The notes under the pieces are model-generated. The model had not been told where the DNA came from and ran no database searches. It saw only the letters and a list, made by a program, of their open reading frames with translations. Source: Octopus sinensis (taxonomy: Eukaryota). Taken from it: 64,000 nt of DNA. The stretch is from contig NC_043004.1 in the NCBI RefSeq assembly GCF_006345805.1, forward strand, positions 91,202,001 through 91,266,000, read 5' to 3'. The position numbers and the translations under genes are program-made. Shown piece after piece: positions 24,699 through 37,961 of the stretch; position 1 is the first letter of the stretch, and each line of letters opens with the position of its first letter.

Positions 24699-25280
24699 TA
24701 TTTCTTTATTGCCCACAAGGGGCTAAACATAGAGGGCACAAACAAGGACAGACAAAGGGATTAAGTTGATTACATTGACCCCAGTGCATAACTGGTACTT
24801 AATTTATCGACCCCGAAAGGATGAAGGGCAAAGTCGACCTTGGTGGAATTTGAACTCAGAATGTAGCAGCAGAAGAAATACCTATTTCTTTATTGCCCAC
24901 AAGGGGTTAAACATAGAGGGGACAAACAAGGACAGACAAACGGATTAAGTCGATTATATTGACCCCAGTGCGTAACTGGTACTTAATTTATCGACCCCGA
25001 AAGGATGAAGTGCAAAGTTGACCTTGGTGGAATTTGAACTCAGAATGTAGCAGCAGAAAAAATACCTATTTCTTTATTACCCACAAGGGGTTAAACATAG
25101 AGGGGACAAACAAGGACAGATAAGGGATTAAGTTGATTACATTGACCCCAGTGCGTAACTGGTACTTAATTTATCGACCCCGAAAGGATGAAGGGCAAAG
25201 TCGACCTTGGTGGAATTTGAACTCAGAATGTAACAGCAGAAGAAATACCGCTAAGCATAACGTTTCTGCCAACTTGCTAC
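24699..25280 (-). repeat. Tandem trimer of the family B SINE body (184-bp period) with a single head
   Basis: tatttctttatt(g/a)cccacaagggg starts at 24699, 24883 and 25067. Confidence 0.9.
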
Positions 25281-26559
25281 CTTCTGTTTCATTTTTATCT
25301 TTTAATGTTCTGTTTCTTTTTTTTATCTTTATTCAGTTACCATCAGTTTTGTCCAGTGCACACCATGAATTTACTGTTGTAACATTTGTCAACCCGTAAA
25401 ATGTGGGAAGTCTTTTTGCTTGCACCCTTTACAATAATAATATTATATTGGTTCATTGTTAGGAGTGGCTGCGTGGTAAGTAGCTTTCTTACCAACCACA
25501 TGGTTCTGGGTTCAGTTCCACTGCATGGCACTTTGGGCGAGTGTCTTCTACTATAGCCTCGGGCCGACCAAAGCCTTGTGAATGGATTTGGTAGACGGAA
25601 ACTGAAAGAAGCCTGTCATATATATGTATATATATATGTGCGTGTATGTTTGTGCGTCTGTGTTTGTCCCCCTAGCATTGCTTGACAACCGATGCTGGTG
25701 TGTTTATGTCCTTGTCACTTAGCGGTTCGGCAAAAGAGACCGATAGAATAAGTACTGGGCTTACAAAGAATAAGTCCCGGGGTCGAGTTGCTCGATTAAA
25801 GGCGGTACTCCAGCATGGCCGCAGTCAAATGACTGAAACAAATAAAAAAAAAGAAAGAAAGAAAGAAAGAATAGGCTGATGCTGATCGAAAAGACCAGTG
25901 ATCAAAGGAAATCCACCCATGACTACTCTGTCTTTTTTTTAAGGGGTATCTAGACATGTTTTAGTTACGTTATGCACTCATACAGTTCCTTTCTTTCACT
26001 TTTTTTCACTTTTCAAAAAATGGTCAGGTGTGATTTAGAGAAATGTATCTGCTATAACAAGCAGGTGAGAAACTCTGTAAAGGTCTTTCTAGTTGGCTTA
26101 TGGTGTTAATTCTTATTGATTGTTGATGAAGTGAAGACTGTCATGATTTACACGTCTCAACCAATCTACCACACCTTCCACCTTACACGCACGCACACCC
26201 ACCAACTACTTCAGTGTTTCAACATGTTTCAGCTTGAACAAACATGAACGCTTTTAGATAACTTAATCTCATCTGTTGGCAGTGATGGATCAATGCAATG
26301 TTATGTAAGTGTAGATGTATAACTATGTATATAAGTATGCATATCTATATATATTTCTTTATTGCCCACAAGGGGCTAAACATAGAGAGGACAAACAAGG
26401 ACAGACAAAGGGATTAAGTCGATTACATCGACCCCAGTGCGAAATTGGTACTTTTATTTATCGACCCCGAAAGGATGAAAGGCAAAGTCGACCTCGGCAC
26501 ATGTATATGCTTCATGTGTATGTCTGTTTATATATGCAAATGGTCGCAAGCAGTTTTTT

Positions 26560-27115
26560 GGCTAACATGAAGTTCTTTTGCCAGTTCCTGAGTGGCTTTA
26601 AATGGATCTTTCTCAATGACGGTCTTTAATTGACTGTCATTGATGACAGATGGGCGTCCACTAGATTTATAAGCCCTAAAATTCACTCCATAATTGCCCA
26701 CAGGCATATGGCGTAGTGGTTAAGAGCATGGACTACTAACCTAAAGATTCCGAGTTCGATTCTAGTGGCCTGAATAACAATATTGGTCTTCAAGGCTTGG
26801 GTCTCCACTACGAAATCATTTAAACCATTTTCAAGCTGTCTACTGGTCATTTCCTCACCAAATGTTTCATTGATATCGCAAGCAGTTCCAGCTGCTTTAC
26901 ATCTTTTTTTGAAGCTGAATAGCAAAATTGCTCAAATATCATGCTTTGATAGTTCCATTGTAACAACGGTGAAAAAAATATCAGTGTTGATGCATTTGGG
27001 CAAGTCTCTGTCTGTATTATCAGATAAATGCAAAAAAAATGTTTTAAAAATTCAAAATTCAGCAAACATCTGGTACAAATTCTTCATGGTTCAAAACGTT
27101 ACTTTTACTCAACCT
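26560..27115 (-). mobile_element. Mariner 5' fragment with a small tRNA-like insert at about 26695-26780
   Basis: LFSFKKRCKAAGTACDINETFGEEMTS resembles the mariner HTH N-terminus. Terminal tatcaggttgagtaaaagtaacg near 27115. Confidence 0.65.
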
Positions 27116-28209
27116 GATATCTATATGTATCTTTTATGTTTGTATGTGTGTGTGAGTGTATCTATTTATCTCTCTCTCTCTCTCTCCCTCTCGGTATATA
27201 TCATCATCATCATCGTTTAACGTCTGTTCTCCATGCTAGCATGGGTTGGACGGTTCGACCGGGGATCTGGGAAGCCAGAAGGCTGCACCAGGCTCCAGTC
27301 TTATCTGGCAATGTTTCTACAGCTGGATGCCTTTCCTAATGCCAACCACTCCGTGAGTGTAGTGGGTGCTTTTTACGTGCCACCCGCACAGGTGCCAGGC
27401 GAGGCTGGCAACAGCCACGGTCGGATTGGTGCATTTTACGTGCCACCGGCACGGAAGCCAGTCGAGGCGGTGCTGGCATCAGCCACGATTCGGCCGATAT
27501 ATATATATATATATTTATATATTTTAAATTCTAGCACAGAAAGATAATACACCTACAGAAATTGGAAGATCACAATTCAAGGGAAGGCTCAATACACAAT
27601 TATGTAGAGTTGTGTATACTTTATTTTCATAGTGAGAGGCTCTGTGGACAGCCCAGTCCATCCATTCCCCCCTCCCCCACCCCACAACCGATTTCTGCAC
27701 AAGAGGCTCTGTTATTAGCTCATTATTACATGAAACTGAAACTGAAAGAAGCCTGTCATATATATGTATATATATATGTATGTGTGTGTATATTTGTATG
27801 TCTGTGTTTGTCCCCCTAGCATTGCTTGACAACCGATGCTGGTGTGTTTACGTCCCCGTCACTTAGTGGTTCGGCAAAAGAGACCGATAGAATAGTCAAT
27901 ATTAATCTTTTTAAATGAGGCAGAAACTTTCACTTTCTCTTAGTTTTCCTTCTCTTTTCAAAGAAACTTAATAAAATTAACGCAGAAAAAAATAATTCAG
28001 TGTTCTTCCAATAACAAATACCAGGTCCTAGGATATCTAACTGACGTTATATATCAGCAATAGAGCAAAAGACGAAATCTTTCAATGACTGTTTGATCGG
28101 TTGGAAATAGCAGTGATATCTCTCTCAAATTATACCCTGGAGGAGATATTAGATAACATTATTCTAAATACAGTATGTCCAAATAAAAGACAGGATGGAC
28201 ATAGCTGCA

Positions 28210-28222
28210 ATGCTTTTTGTCA

Positions 28223-28253
<31 letters not shown>

Positions 28254-28400
28254 GGTAGTAGTAGTAGTAGTGGTGGTGGTGGTAGTAGTAGTAGTAGTAG
28301 CGGTAGTGGTGGTGGTAGTGGTGATAGTAGTAGTAGTAGTAGCTGTTGTAATAATAGTAGTAGTGATAGTTACAATAGTATTAGTAGTAGTTGTACTAGT
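28210..28400. repeat. (GTA/GTG)n microsatellite; other simple repeats at 1-110 (GAT), 17330-17450, 45255-45388 and many (TA)n, (CA)n, (TACA)n tracts
   Basis: Read directly from the sequence. Confidence 0.95.
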
Positions 28401-29214
28401 CGAAGCAAATGTTGAAAGCATCAACAATGTAGTGGTCAACTGGCCCACCAACTTTAATTCCACAAATGGCACCACTCCTCACCCAGCCATCACAATGTCA
28501 CAACGAAGAAGAACACTATATGGGAGAAAAACTAACGAAAAAACCATTAAAAAATAGGATATGTCAAGTGTTTGGGAAAATAACATCTCAGTCAACAGTA
28601 AAAACAAACCCCTTCCTTCACACATACCCCACATAGCTTAAACCTTACCCCCATCCACCCACCATTATCTTACCTAACTAGTTTTTTTCACAACTTTAAC
28701 ACCAATTTAGGCCAGCCAGCTGTTGTTGCTTTTATTTTTATCTATTTTGTCTTTCTGCAAATTTCAAAAGTCATTTTATTTACTTTTTGTCCTAAGCCTA
28801 ATCCTGTCCACTCTAATTATTTGTCTTAACTTTTGCCTTTTCCCATTTCTCTTTTTCTCTATCTTCTCTCTCTCTCTCTCTCTCTCTTTCATTCCATTTT
28901 CTCCCACCTCCCTCCCTCTCTCTTTCACTGTCTTTCTTTCCTTTTGGCTGCCTGCCTGCCTGTGTGCATGTCTGCCTGTCTTTCTAGAACCTGTTCTTCA
29001 CTGAAATAAATAATTGTTTTCATTTTCAACTTCTACAAGTACCACTTGAAGGGGGAAGGTGAAGGTAGAGACAGAAGTGCAGGGACCTCCAGTGTATTTG
29101 CCGAAAGATGAGTGAGAGCAGAGAGTAAGGCCTTGTGGAATTGGCCGGCTTGCTTTAACCTTTTGCATTCAGTTTTCTCTGTCAAATGCAATGCTTATTT
29201 ATTCACATTGATTT

Positions 29215-29525
29215 GAATTAGTCACGCTTTACCTTGTAGCTTTCAGATTTCAATGACATAGTGCCAAGGACTCCAAATTTGCCATCAAGATGTAGGACAA
29301 GATACTGTGATAGCCTGGGCTTCAGAGGCCCACAGCTCTTCAATATCCTCCCAAAGAACCTGAGAGACCTGCATGGGGTGGATGCAGATGTCTTTAAAAT
29401 AAAACAGGATCTCTTCCTGTCTGGTGTCCCAGATGAACCAACTTCACGGCAGGAGGTGCAGATGAGGACAGCTGCATAGAACTCTCTCATGCACCAAATG
29501 GCAATTGCTAAAAAGCATTCGTGAA
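29215..29525 (+). mobile_element. CR1/L2-group LINE 3' end
   Basis: SLGFRGPQLFNILPKNLRDLHGVDADVFKIKQDLFLSGVPDEP. Confidence 0.75.
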
Positions 29526-32500
29526 GTAAAATCATGTAGCAACACCAAATGGCGGTGCTCCAGCATGGCCACAGCTCGTGAGCTGAAACTAGATAAAATA
29601 AAATAAATAAAATAAATGATTGTTTATTTTTAGAATGACATTGTAGGATAGGTGAAAGAGGCAAGATCTGGCCAGTTTGCAGATAAAACAGGTAGATTAT
29701 TTTGGCTGGATATGGCTTGTTTAAATACTAAAGGGCTATATATGCAATGGTAGGGGCCATTGATGGAAACTAGGAGAAAGCAATTGTTGGTATCTGGGGC
29801 CAGCTGGAATTATGTAGAGTTTCCTCACTGTACCTTGGTAGACGTTCTCTTAAAAGGATGTAAAATATATAAAAAAAACCCAGCTGTATGTATGTATGTG
29901 TGTGTGTGTGTGTGTGTGTATGTGCATGCATGTTCTCTTTGCTCTTTTACTTGTTTCAGTCATTTGACTGCGGCCATGCTGGAGCACCACCTTTAGTCGA
30001 GCAAATTGACCCCAGGACTTATTCTTTGTAAGCCCAGTACTTATTCTATCGGTCTCTTTTGCCGAACCGCTAAGTTACAGGGACATAAACACACCACCAT
30101 CGGTTGTCAAGCGATGTTGGAGGGACAAACACAGACACACAAACACACACATGCCTAGATATATATATATACATATACACGATGGGCTTCTTTCAGTTTC
30201 CGTCTACCAAATCCACTCACAAGGCTTTGGTCGGCCCGAGGCTATAGTAGAAGACACTTGCCCAAGGTGCCACGCAGTAGGACTGAACCCGGAACCATGT
30301 GGTTGGTTAGCAAGCTACTTACCATACAGCCACTCCTGCGCCTATGTGTGTATGTCTGTACATACATAGACATACATACATGCACACACACACACGTACA
30401 TTGTCTTGGGTATTACCTTAAACTGCATCCAGTAGTACGGCCCTTTTTCCACAGTTTTGAGTAGTGTGGAACACCTCTTAGCTCCTACTGTTCCCTGGTC
30501 TTCTCTAACCTGTAGTAGAAGCATGTTATGGAAGAAACTCCAAGTGCAAATCCTCACTGTCTTGTGAGTGCCCTGGGAAAAGAAAAGGCTAGTGGTATCA
30601 GTCTGGATACAAATCAAGGTGTGAAGTCCCTCAGGATGTCCAGTGCCCTCCTTGACACCCTTCTAGCAACTGCATGGTAAATGGAGCTCTCCAGCCTTGT
30701 AGGCTATTCACCTAGGTGAGGGCCACTCCAATATATTTCTTTACTACCCACAAGGGGCTAAACACAGAGGGGACAAACAAGGGCAGACAAACGGATTAAG
30801 TCGATTACATTGACCCCAGTGCATAACTGGTACTTATTTAATCGACCCCGAAAGGATGAAAGGCAAAGTCGACCTCGGCGGAATTTGAACTCAGAACGTA
30901 GTGGCAGACAAAATACTGCTAAGCATTTTGCCTGGTGTGCTAACGATTCTGCCAGCTCACTGCCATCAGAGACTGAATACTATCCTTACAATTCATCATT
31001 CTCTGCCCTCCTTTCTTTCTTGTCAGGTGTAGCTTGTCAAAATCACAATTTGAGTGTTTCTCTGTGTTCTTGTCTAAAAATTACAGTTTCTCTATTTGCC
31101 AATGTATTACTCCTACTCCATAATCTCACCTTTAGGGTTCAATATCAACCTCAGTCTTCTGTAATACTCCTCATTCGGCTTTTCCTCAGATCATCTACTT
31201 CCAACAAACCCAAATACTTTAATTCTTTTATTTGTTTCAGCCATTTCACTGCAGCCATGCTGGAGCACTGCCTTTAGTCGAGCAAATCGACCCCAGGACT
31301 TATTCATTGTAAGCCTAGTACTTATTCTGTTGGTGTGTTTTGCTGAACTGCTAAGTTATGGGGGACGTAAACAAACCAGCATCGGTTACTTTTTCGCCTA
31401 GTGTCTTTGTTAACTCTCCCATGGGTAAGTCCTCACTATCCAGTCATTGGATTTAGTTATTACCCACCAATATGAAGATGTTGTTAAGTCTCAGATCAAT
31501 AGTGATCAAACAAACCTATGATCAAAGGAACTGCAATTGCCTTTTCAAGGTTACATACAAATACATTAATTCATATGTCATTCCATGTTTAAGTCAGTGT
31601 GGATAAGGTCAAAATTTAACTGCTGTTTCTAACAAGTCAACCCACTGCTTAAGGCTCCCTTGTTAGTTTAAAACAGTTGCCATGCAAGATGTACCAACCG
31701 TTTCCACTAAACCAAGTGAATGATTAGAGTAAGTCTCAAGGTATCTCTCTAATGAAATGTAGGTCATATGCAAATATAAGTTTCCCAAAATACCTAATCT
31801 CAATACTTAAACAAGTTAACTTCACAGTCTAGGAGTAGTCCAGCAGGTACACTGTACCCAGCCACCTAAATATTAATAACCTTGTCATGCTGTCATGTAA
31901 TACTGAGATCAATCCGACCCCCAATACTTTCACATTTAGACATGTAAATTCACGAATGAGTTACCAGTCAAATTACTGGCAGCTTTGTCTGATACCCGTT
32001 TTATGCTTGTCAGATGTTTGTCTAGCTTGTCTGTCAGACATTTATTGATTGTCATATGTTTATCATGCATTTCTCTGCCTGGCGTGTGATGGTGGGTGTG
32101 TATGCATGATGGCTTGTGTGTGTGTGAAATTGAAGGTGTGCATGTGTGAAGGCTGGTGTGTGTGTGTGGAGGGGAATGTGCACATGTGAACAATCTACTT
32201 CACAACCATACATATTCATGCCAACCACCAAATTTATTTCATAAAGCACAAATAATGACCTCTAATTTGCAGACGGTCATACTAAACTGTGATAATGTGT
32301 TTAAGTTTAATCTGCAATTTGTACTTTTACACCATTACTAACTATAATACACTCCCATATGGTCATCCTAGACCAATGATATAGTCAGAACTGAAAGGTA
32401 GAGCCTGCAACCCTTTTTTTTGTTTATTACAGCTACTGAGACTGAGCAGAGATGGTTGGGACTGCCAGTATATATATATGATTTTCAGCTCTGGTTTTCT

Positions 32501-32836
32501 CTTCTAAATTTGTGTCATTCAAGATATGAATTAGCAAAAATTAAAAATAACCAGAATCTGAAGAAACTTTGAGGCAACTTGTGTTGGGCAAAATCATTTT
32601 CACCCTAAATTTGCAAAGTCAAAGGTTGAGGTAAGTGCATACTTCCCAACCATGTGGCCTTGGGTTCAGTCCCACTGTGTGCTACTTTGAGCAAGTGCCT
32701 TCAACTATAGCTCCACGCTGACCAAAACCTTGTGAATAGATTTGATAGACAGAAACTGAAAGAAAGCAGTTGTATGTGGTATCATACAAAGCAGTTGTAT
32801 GTGGTATCAAAATGTTCCAGGACTAGTTATGTTTAA

Positions 32837-33703
32837 TAAAAAATAACTTATTTACCAAAGTTTTAACATCATCTCCTTCAAAATGGTCACTTTGTACAGG
32901 AATACACCAGTCCCAGTGTTCTGTTTTCTGTAAGCAAGCCAAAGACCTTCTGCAATTTGCTCAGGATTTCGAGAATGGTGTTCTTGAGAACAGCTCTGGA
33001 TCTCGAGAACAGTGACCATGGAATTGCATTTTTATCTTGGGGAAGAAATGGAAGTCTACAGGTGCTAAATCTGGCAAATAGGGCAGGTGCAGGGGTGATA
33101 CCATGTTGCTTTTGGTGAGAAACTCATGAGTGAGGAAAGTTTGGTGACAGGGTGCATTGTCTTTGTGAGGAATCCAATTCTTCGCACTCCACAGACCCAG
33201 TTGCTTTTGCTGAATGTGCCCCCTCAAACACTTCAAAGCCTTGCAGTAGAACACTCGATTGACAGTTTGGTCCTGGGGGGACAAACTCTCAATGCACAAT
33301 ACTGCATTTCTGGAGGTGACACTTGTAGTGGGTCTTCTAGATCATTCATCATCTTCCAGGGATGTTCTTTTACTTTTGAAGCGCCTATGCCACTTGAATC
33401 ATTGTATACGGCCCATTGCCTCATTGCTTGTTGAAGCATGCTCAATGTCTCTGTAGCAGACTTCCGAAGTTTAACACAAAATTTCACATTGGCGCTTTGT
33501 TGCTGTCCAGGACAAAATTGCAGACTCCGGCATACATGTGATCATAAAAACACAAATTTCACAACTTGCAAAGTAAATACAGCGATGTCATTTGGTACAC
33601 TATCTCACGAAGGTCACTGCTAGCTCTCAATACACACACCCCTGTGTGCTGCTATCTGTTGGCATGCTACAGAACTAGTCCAGGAACTTTTTGATACCAC
33701 CTT
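32837..33703 (-). mobile_element. Internally deleted mariner element
   Basis: Imperfect TIRs (gtggtatcaaaa(a/t)gttcc(t/a)ggactagtt). N-terminus KFCVKLRKSATETLSMLQQA; C-terminus WIPHKDNAPCH...YLPDLAPVDFHFFPKIK. Confidence 0.85.
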
Positions 33704-33809
33704 GTATGTAAGTGTGTGTGTATGTTTTATTGTTTTACCATCCACATTTATATACTTGTATGGGTTGGATGAAGAGGCATGCATGCATACATAAACACAC
33801 ACATACATA

Positions 33810-33974
33810 GGCGCAGGAGTGGCTGTGTGGTAAGTAGCTTGTTTACCAACCACATGATTCCGGGTTCAGTCCCACTGCGTGGCACCTTGGGCAAGTGTCT
33901 TCTACTATAGCCTCGGGCTGACCAAAGCCTTGTGAGTGGATTTGGTAGACGGAAACTGAAAGAAGCCCGTCGTA

Positions 33975-34005
<31 letters not shown>

Positions 34006-34235
34006 ATGCGTGTGTTTGTGTGCCTGTGTTTGTCCCCCTAGCATTGCTTGACAACCGATGCTGGTGTGTTTATGTCCCCGTTTCTTAGCGTTTCGGCAAA
34101 GGAGACCGATAGAATAAGTACTGGGCTTACAAAAGAAAAATCCCGGGGTCGAGTTGCTCGATTAAAGGTGGTGCTCCAGCATGGCCGCAGTCAAATGACT
34201 GAAACAAGTAAAAGAGTAAAAGAGTAAAGAGAGTA
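33810..34235 (+). mobile_element. tRNA-derived SINE family A, full copy (others: 2299-2708 +, 3188-3585 -, 3891-4295 +, 8729-9112 -, 25461-25860 +, 29940-30344 -, 40899-41280 +, 50352-50765 +, 51936-52308 +, 60636-60988 -)
   Basis: Head ggcgcaggagtggctgtgtggtaag...ggttcagtcccac (A/B-box-like), internal TA/TG microsatellite, tail ccagcatggccgcagtcaaatgactgaaacaagtaaaagag. Confidence 0.92.
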
Positions 34236-36024
34236 TACATACATATATACTACTGGCTTCTTCCAGTTTCTATCTTACCATATCCACTTATAAAGCTTTT
34301 GTTGGCCTGGGACTATAGTAGAAGCCATTTATTGAAGGTGCCATGCAGTAAGACTGAACTCAAAAAGACTGAACTACATGGCTGGGAAGCACACACTTTA
34401 ATTATACAGCCTTAATTTTAGATAAATGCTTATAGACAAACTTTTTATAACAATATTTACCAGGAAATTTATGTCATCCCTGAAAAAATTTGCTGTTGAT
34501 AAACACTGTTATAGTTTTGTTATCACTGTTCCTGATAGTGATGATGTGGGGATTGAAATTGTGCCTTCATGACACATTCACAGGAATGCCAAGTAGGCTA
34601 TATTTCAACAAGGCCATTCTAGACTATTATAATTAGTACCAAAATGACAATTCTACACCACTCTCACACCTGTACAAACTCTCTCACACACAAGCCAATC
34701 CCACTATTACAATTAACATCCTACATACATTTGTTAATTAAGGCACCATGTCATTGCTAATTTTGCATATAAACACACTACATTATTTTTCAGTTAAACT
34801 ACACGACAGAGTGTATATCATCAAAGTAAGTCAGTTTCGTGGAATCTGATATAGTTTAATGATAAATATAGTTTAATGATGGTAGGAAATACACAGATAA
34901 ACGCAGATACAATATCACACAACTGCATATTGACACGTACACACATATGTGCATACACTCTCACATTATTGATATACAGACAATGATAATGAAACAAAAC
35001 TAACACATACAGTCACACAGAGACTTACATAAAAATTCCCTGACATATTAATATATATGTGTGTGTGTGTGTTTGAATGTAAATATGTATATCATTAGCA
35101 TTGTTATCCTCATTCGATGTTGATTTTTCCATGCTTGCACAAGTCAAACAGAATTTGTTAAGACATATTTTGTTAAGACATCTACACTCGCAGAGTGGTT
35201 GGCGTTAAGAAGGGCATCCAGCTGTAGAAACACTGCCAGATCAGACTGGAGCACCCCAGTCGAACCATCCAACCCGTGCTAGTGTGGAAAACGGACGTTA
35301 AACGATGATGATGATGATGATATTTTTTATGATCAGATACCCTTCCTGTCACAAGTCCTCATCTGACATATTTTCTCATGGAAGTTTGCAAATGAACATC
35401 ACTTAAATCATAATGGCACTCATTTACAACCGTCACATGATATCAGGATAAGGGCGTACACACACACACACACACACACAATGGGCTTCTTTCAGTTTCC
35501 ACCTACCAAGTCCACTCACAAGGCATTGGTTGGCTTAGGGCAATAGTAGAAGACATTTGTCCCAAGTGTTGTGCAGTGGGACTGAACCCAAGACTAGAGG
35601 GCTGGAAGGCAAGCCTCTTAGGTACACAACTATACCTGTTCCTATTTATAATAATAATATAATAATAATAATTGTGTACAGTGCTCAGGTGCACTACAAC
35701 TCATCTAAAATGTATATATAATCAGGTGTAGTTTCGGCGGATTTCGGAAAGCATGAGGGTCTTAAAGGATGCAGTGTCATGGCAGTCAACAACTGACGCA
35801 GGCAGTTTATTCCATGCTTCAGCAACTCTGAGCGTGTACGCATGTGTGTGATATGGGTATTAGGTTATATGGTACAACTAGAGCTGTTGTTTCTATATTG
35901 TACGTCTAAGGATAGTGAGATTGTTCAAATGACCATTCCCAAACTCAAGTTGTACCCATGAGATGAGTTAATTCATCACTGCACTGTAAACTAATATGGC
36001 AATGATGAATTACACCATCTAGTG

Positions 36025-36264
36025 CAGGGGTTCTCAACTTGGGGATCCATATAAAAGTTTGTTGTTAAGTTTTATCTGCAATAAATTGGCTATACTTCAA
36101 CAATATACAAAATATTCTAACAATTCTTTGATACAATTCCTTATGATATTTAATTATAGAAGTACAGTAGGATTTTTAAACAACAAATGGCTATGAGGAT
36201 CCATCTGAGTAGAAATTGGAATCAAAGGGGTCCATAGGCAAAAAAAAAAGGCTGAGAACCAGTG
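36025..36264. mobile_element. hAT (Charlie-type) MITE, 240 bp
   Basis: TIRs caggggttctcaac / gctgagaaccagtg. Perfect 8-bp TSD ATCTAGTG at 36017-36024 and 36265-36272. Confidence 0.88.
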
Positions 36265-36640
36265 ATCTAGTGTTATCTATTTACAACTACAAGAACTGGA
36301 AGGGAAGTTGTCTTAGCCACTGATAGATGTAATGACTGTAATATAGAAACAGTCATCTTCTGAGTTACTTACTTGGTAGACTTGACTACTTCCAATCTCA
36401 CATGGTGATGTGACATGTAAGAAAAAGGGACATGGAAGTGAAGTGCAAGTCTAGATGACTAACATTATTTCTTTCTTTTGCTTTATTTTCTGAGTTCATA
36501 CAGGTGCAAGCATAACCATGCAGTTAAGAAGTTTCCTACTCAACCGTGTTGTTTCAGGTTCAGTCCACAGTATGACATTGTGTCTTCTACTATAGACCTA
36601 ACCAGAGCATTGTGAGTTCTACACAGAAATGGAATGAATT

Positions 36641-36681
<41 letters not shown>

Positions 36682-36682
36682 A

Positions 36683-37585
36683 TCATCATCATCGTCGTCG
36701 TTTAACATCCATTTTCCATGCTAGCATGTAACATGGATTGGACGGTTCGAGTGGGATCTGGAAAGCCAGGAGGCTGCACCAGGCTCCAGTGTGATCTGGC
36801 AGTGTTTCTACAGCTGGATGCCCTTCCTGATGCCAACCATTCCGTGAGTGTAATGGGTACTTTTTACGTGCCACTAGCACAGGGGCCAGAGGAGGCTGGC
36901 AATGGCCACAATCGATTGGTGCTTTTTATGTGCCACCAGCATGGAAGCCAGTCAAGGTGGTACTGGCATCAGCCACGTTTGGATGGTGCTTTTTACGTGC
37001 CACTGGTACAGGTATCACAACTACAATTTCTATTTGAATTTCATTTTGATGTTGATATGCTTGACTCAATAGGTCTCCTCAAGTACAGCAGGTTGCCCTA
37101 CGATTGAAGGTACTTTTGAATGGGCTGGGGTTGGTTATGCAAAACTGGTGTAGGATACAACCATGAACTCACTTTATTTGCAAGGTTTTCGCAGTTACAG
37201 CATATCTCCAGAGGTCTCGGTCTTTCATCATTGCCTCTGTCAGGCCCAACATTCGAAGGTCTTGCTTCACTACCTCATCCCATGTCTTCCTGGGTCTACG
37301 TTTACCCCAGATTCCTTCAACTGTTTGGGAATAGCACTTCTTCACACAGCTCTCCTCATCCATCCGTAGTACATGATCACACCAGCACAAATGTCTCTCT
37401 TGCACACCACATCCGATGCTTCTTATGTCCAACATTTCTCTCAAGGCGCTTACACTCTGTCGTGTGTACACACTGACATTACACATCCAGCGGATCATGT
37501 TAGCTTTCTTTTGAGCCTACTCATATCCTCCGCAGTCAGGGCCCCTGTTTCACTGCCATGAAGCATGGCAGTTCGCACAAAATCA
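36683..37585 (-). mobile_element. Older RTE LINE 3' fragment
   Basis: ORF 37169-37498 RWMCNVSVYTRQSVSALREMLDIRSIGCGVQERHL plus 3' UTR and GAT tail. Confidence 0.85.
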
Positions 37586-37835
37586 TGTACAGGGGTCAAC
37601 TCTCAACCAATAATTATATGTTAGGCAAAAATTATAAATTAAATAGAAATTAATTTTATCCATCAATCTAATGTACTTTCAGGTGCATGAAATACATCCC
37701 AGTCATATACTAGGGTAGATTCTATCTTCATCTGTCAAAATCACCACTTTGTGCAAACGTTATAAACCAATATGGTCTTCCTAAAGGTAAATGAGAACCT
37801 AACCAAGAAGCTGAGTGTGTAAAGACATTCATTAC

Positions 37836-37961
37836 CTGTGTATAAGTTTCATTATCAGCCATTTCAGCTGTCTGCTGATTATATCCTGCCTTGAGTCCTT
37901 CTACCAGTTGTCGGAGTTGGTTGGTCCTCATCTTTAGCACAGCTTTGTCTTGGAGTAATTT
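37836..37961 (-). CDS. IFT74: IFT74 coding exon (KLLQDKAVLKMRTNQLRQLVEGLKAGYNQQTAEMADNETYTQ)
   Basis: Acceptor ttccttgcag, donor gtaatg, 126 nt, phase 0 to 0. Resembles human KLHQERMIL...LQENETHSQ. Confidence 0.93.

Noticed and set aside
26695-26780. tRNA-like sequence ggcgtagtggttaagagc...gagttcgattc
   Set aside because: Only A/B-box-like parts with no complete cloverleaf; a SINE head rather than a tRNA gene.
28101-28557. Poly-Val/Ser/Thr ORFs
   Set aside because: They are translations of a (GTA/GTG)n microsatellite.
31936-32193. ORF first considered as the IFT74 terminal exon
   Set aside because: No similarity to the IFT74 C-terminus; the real exons are at 20007-20067 and 17190-17305.
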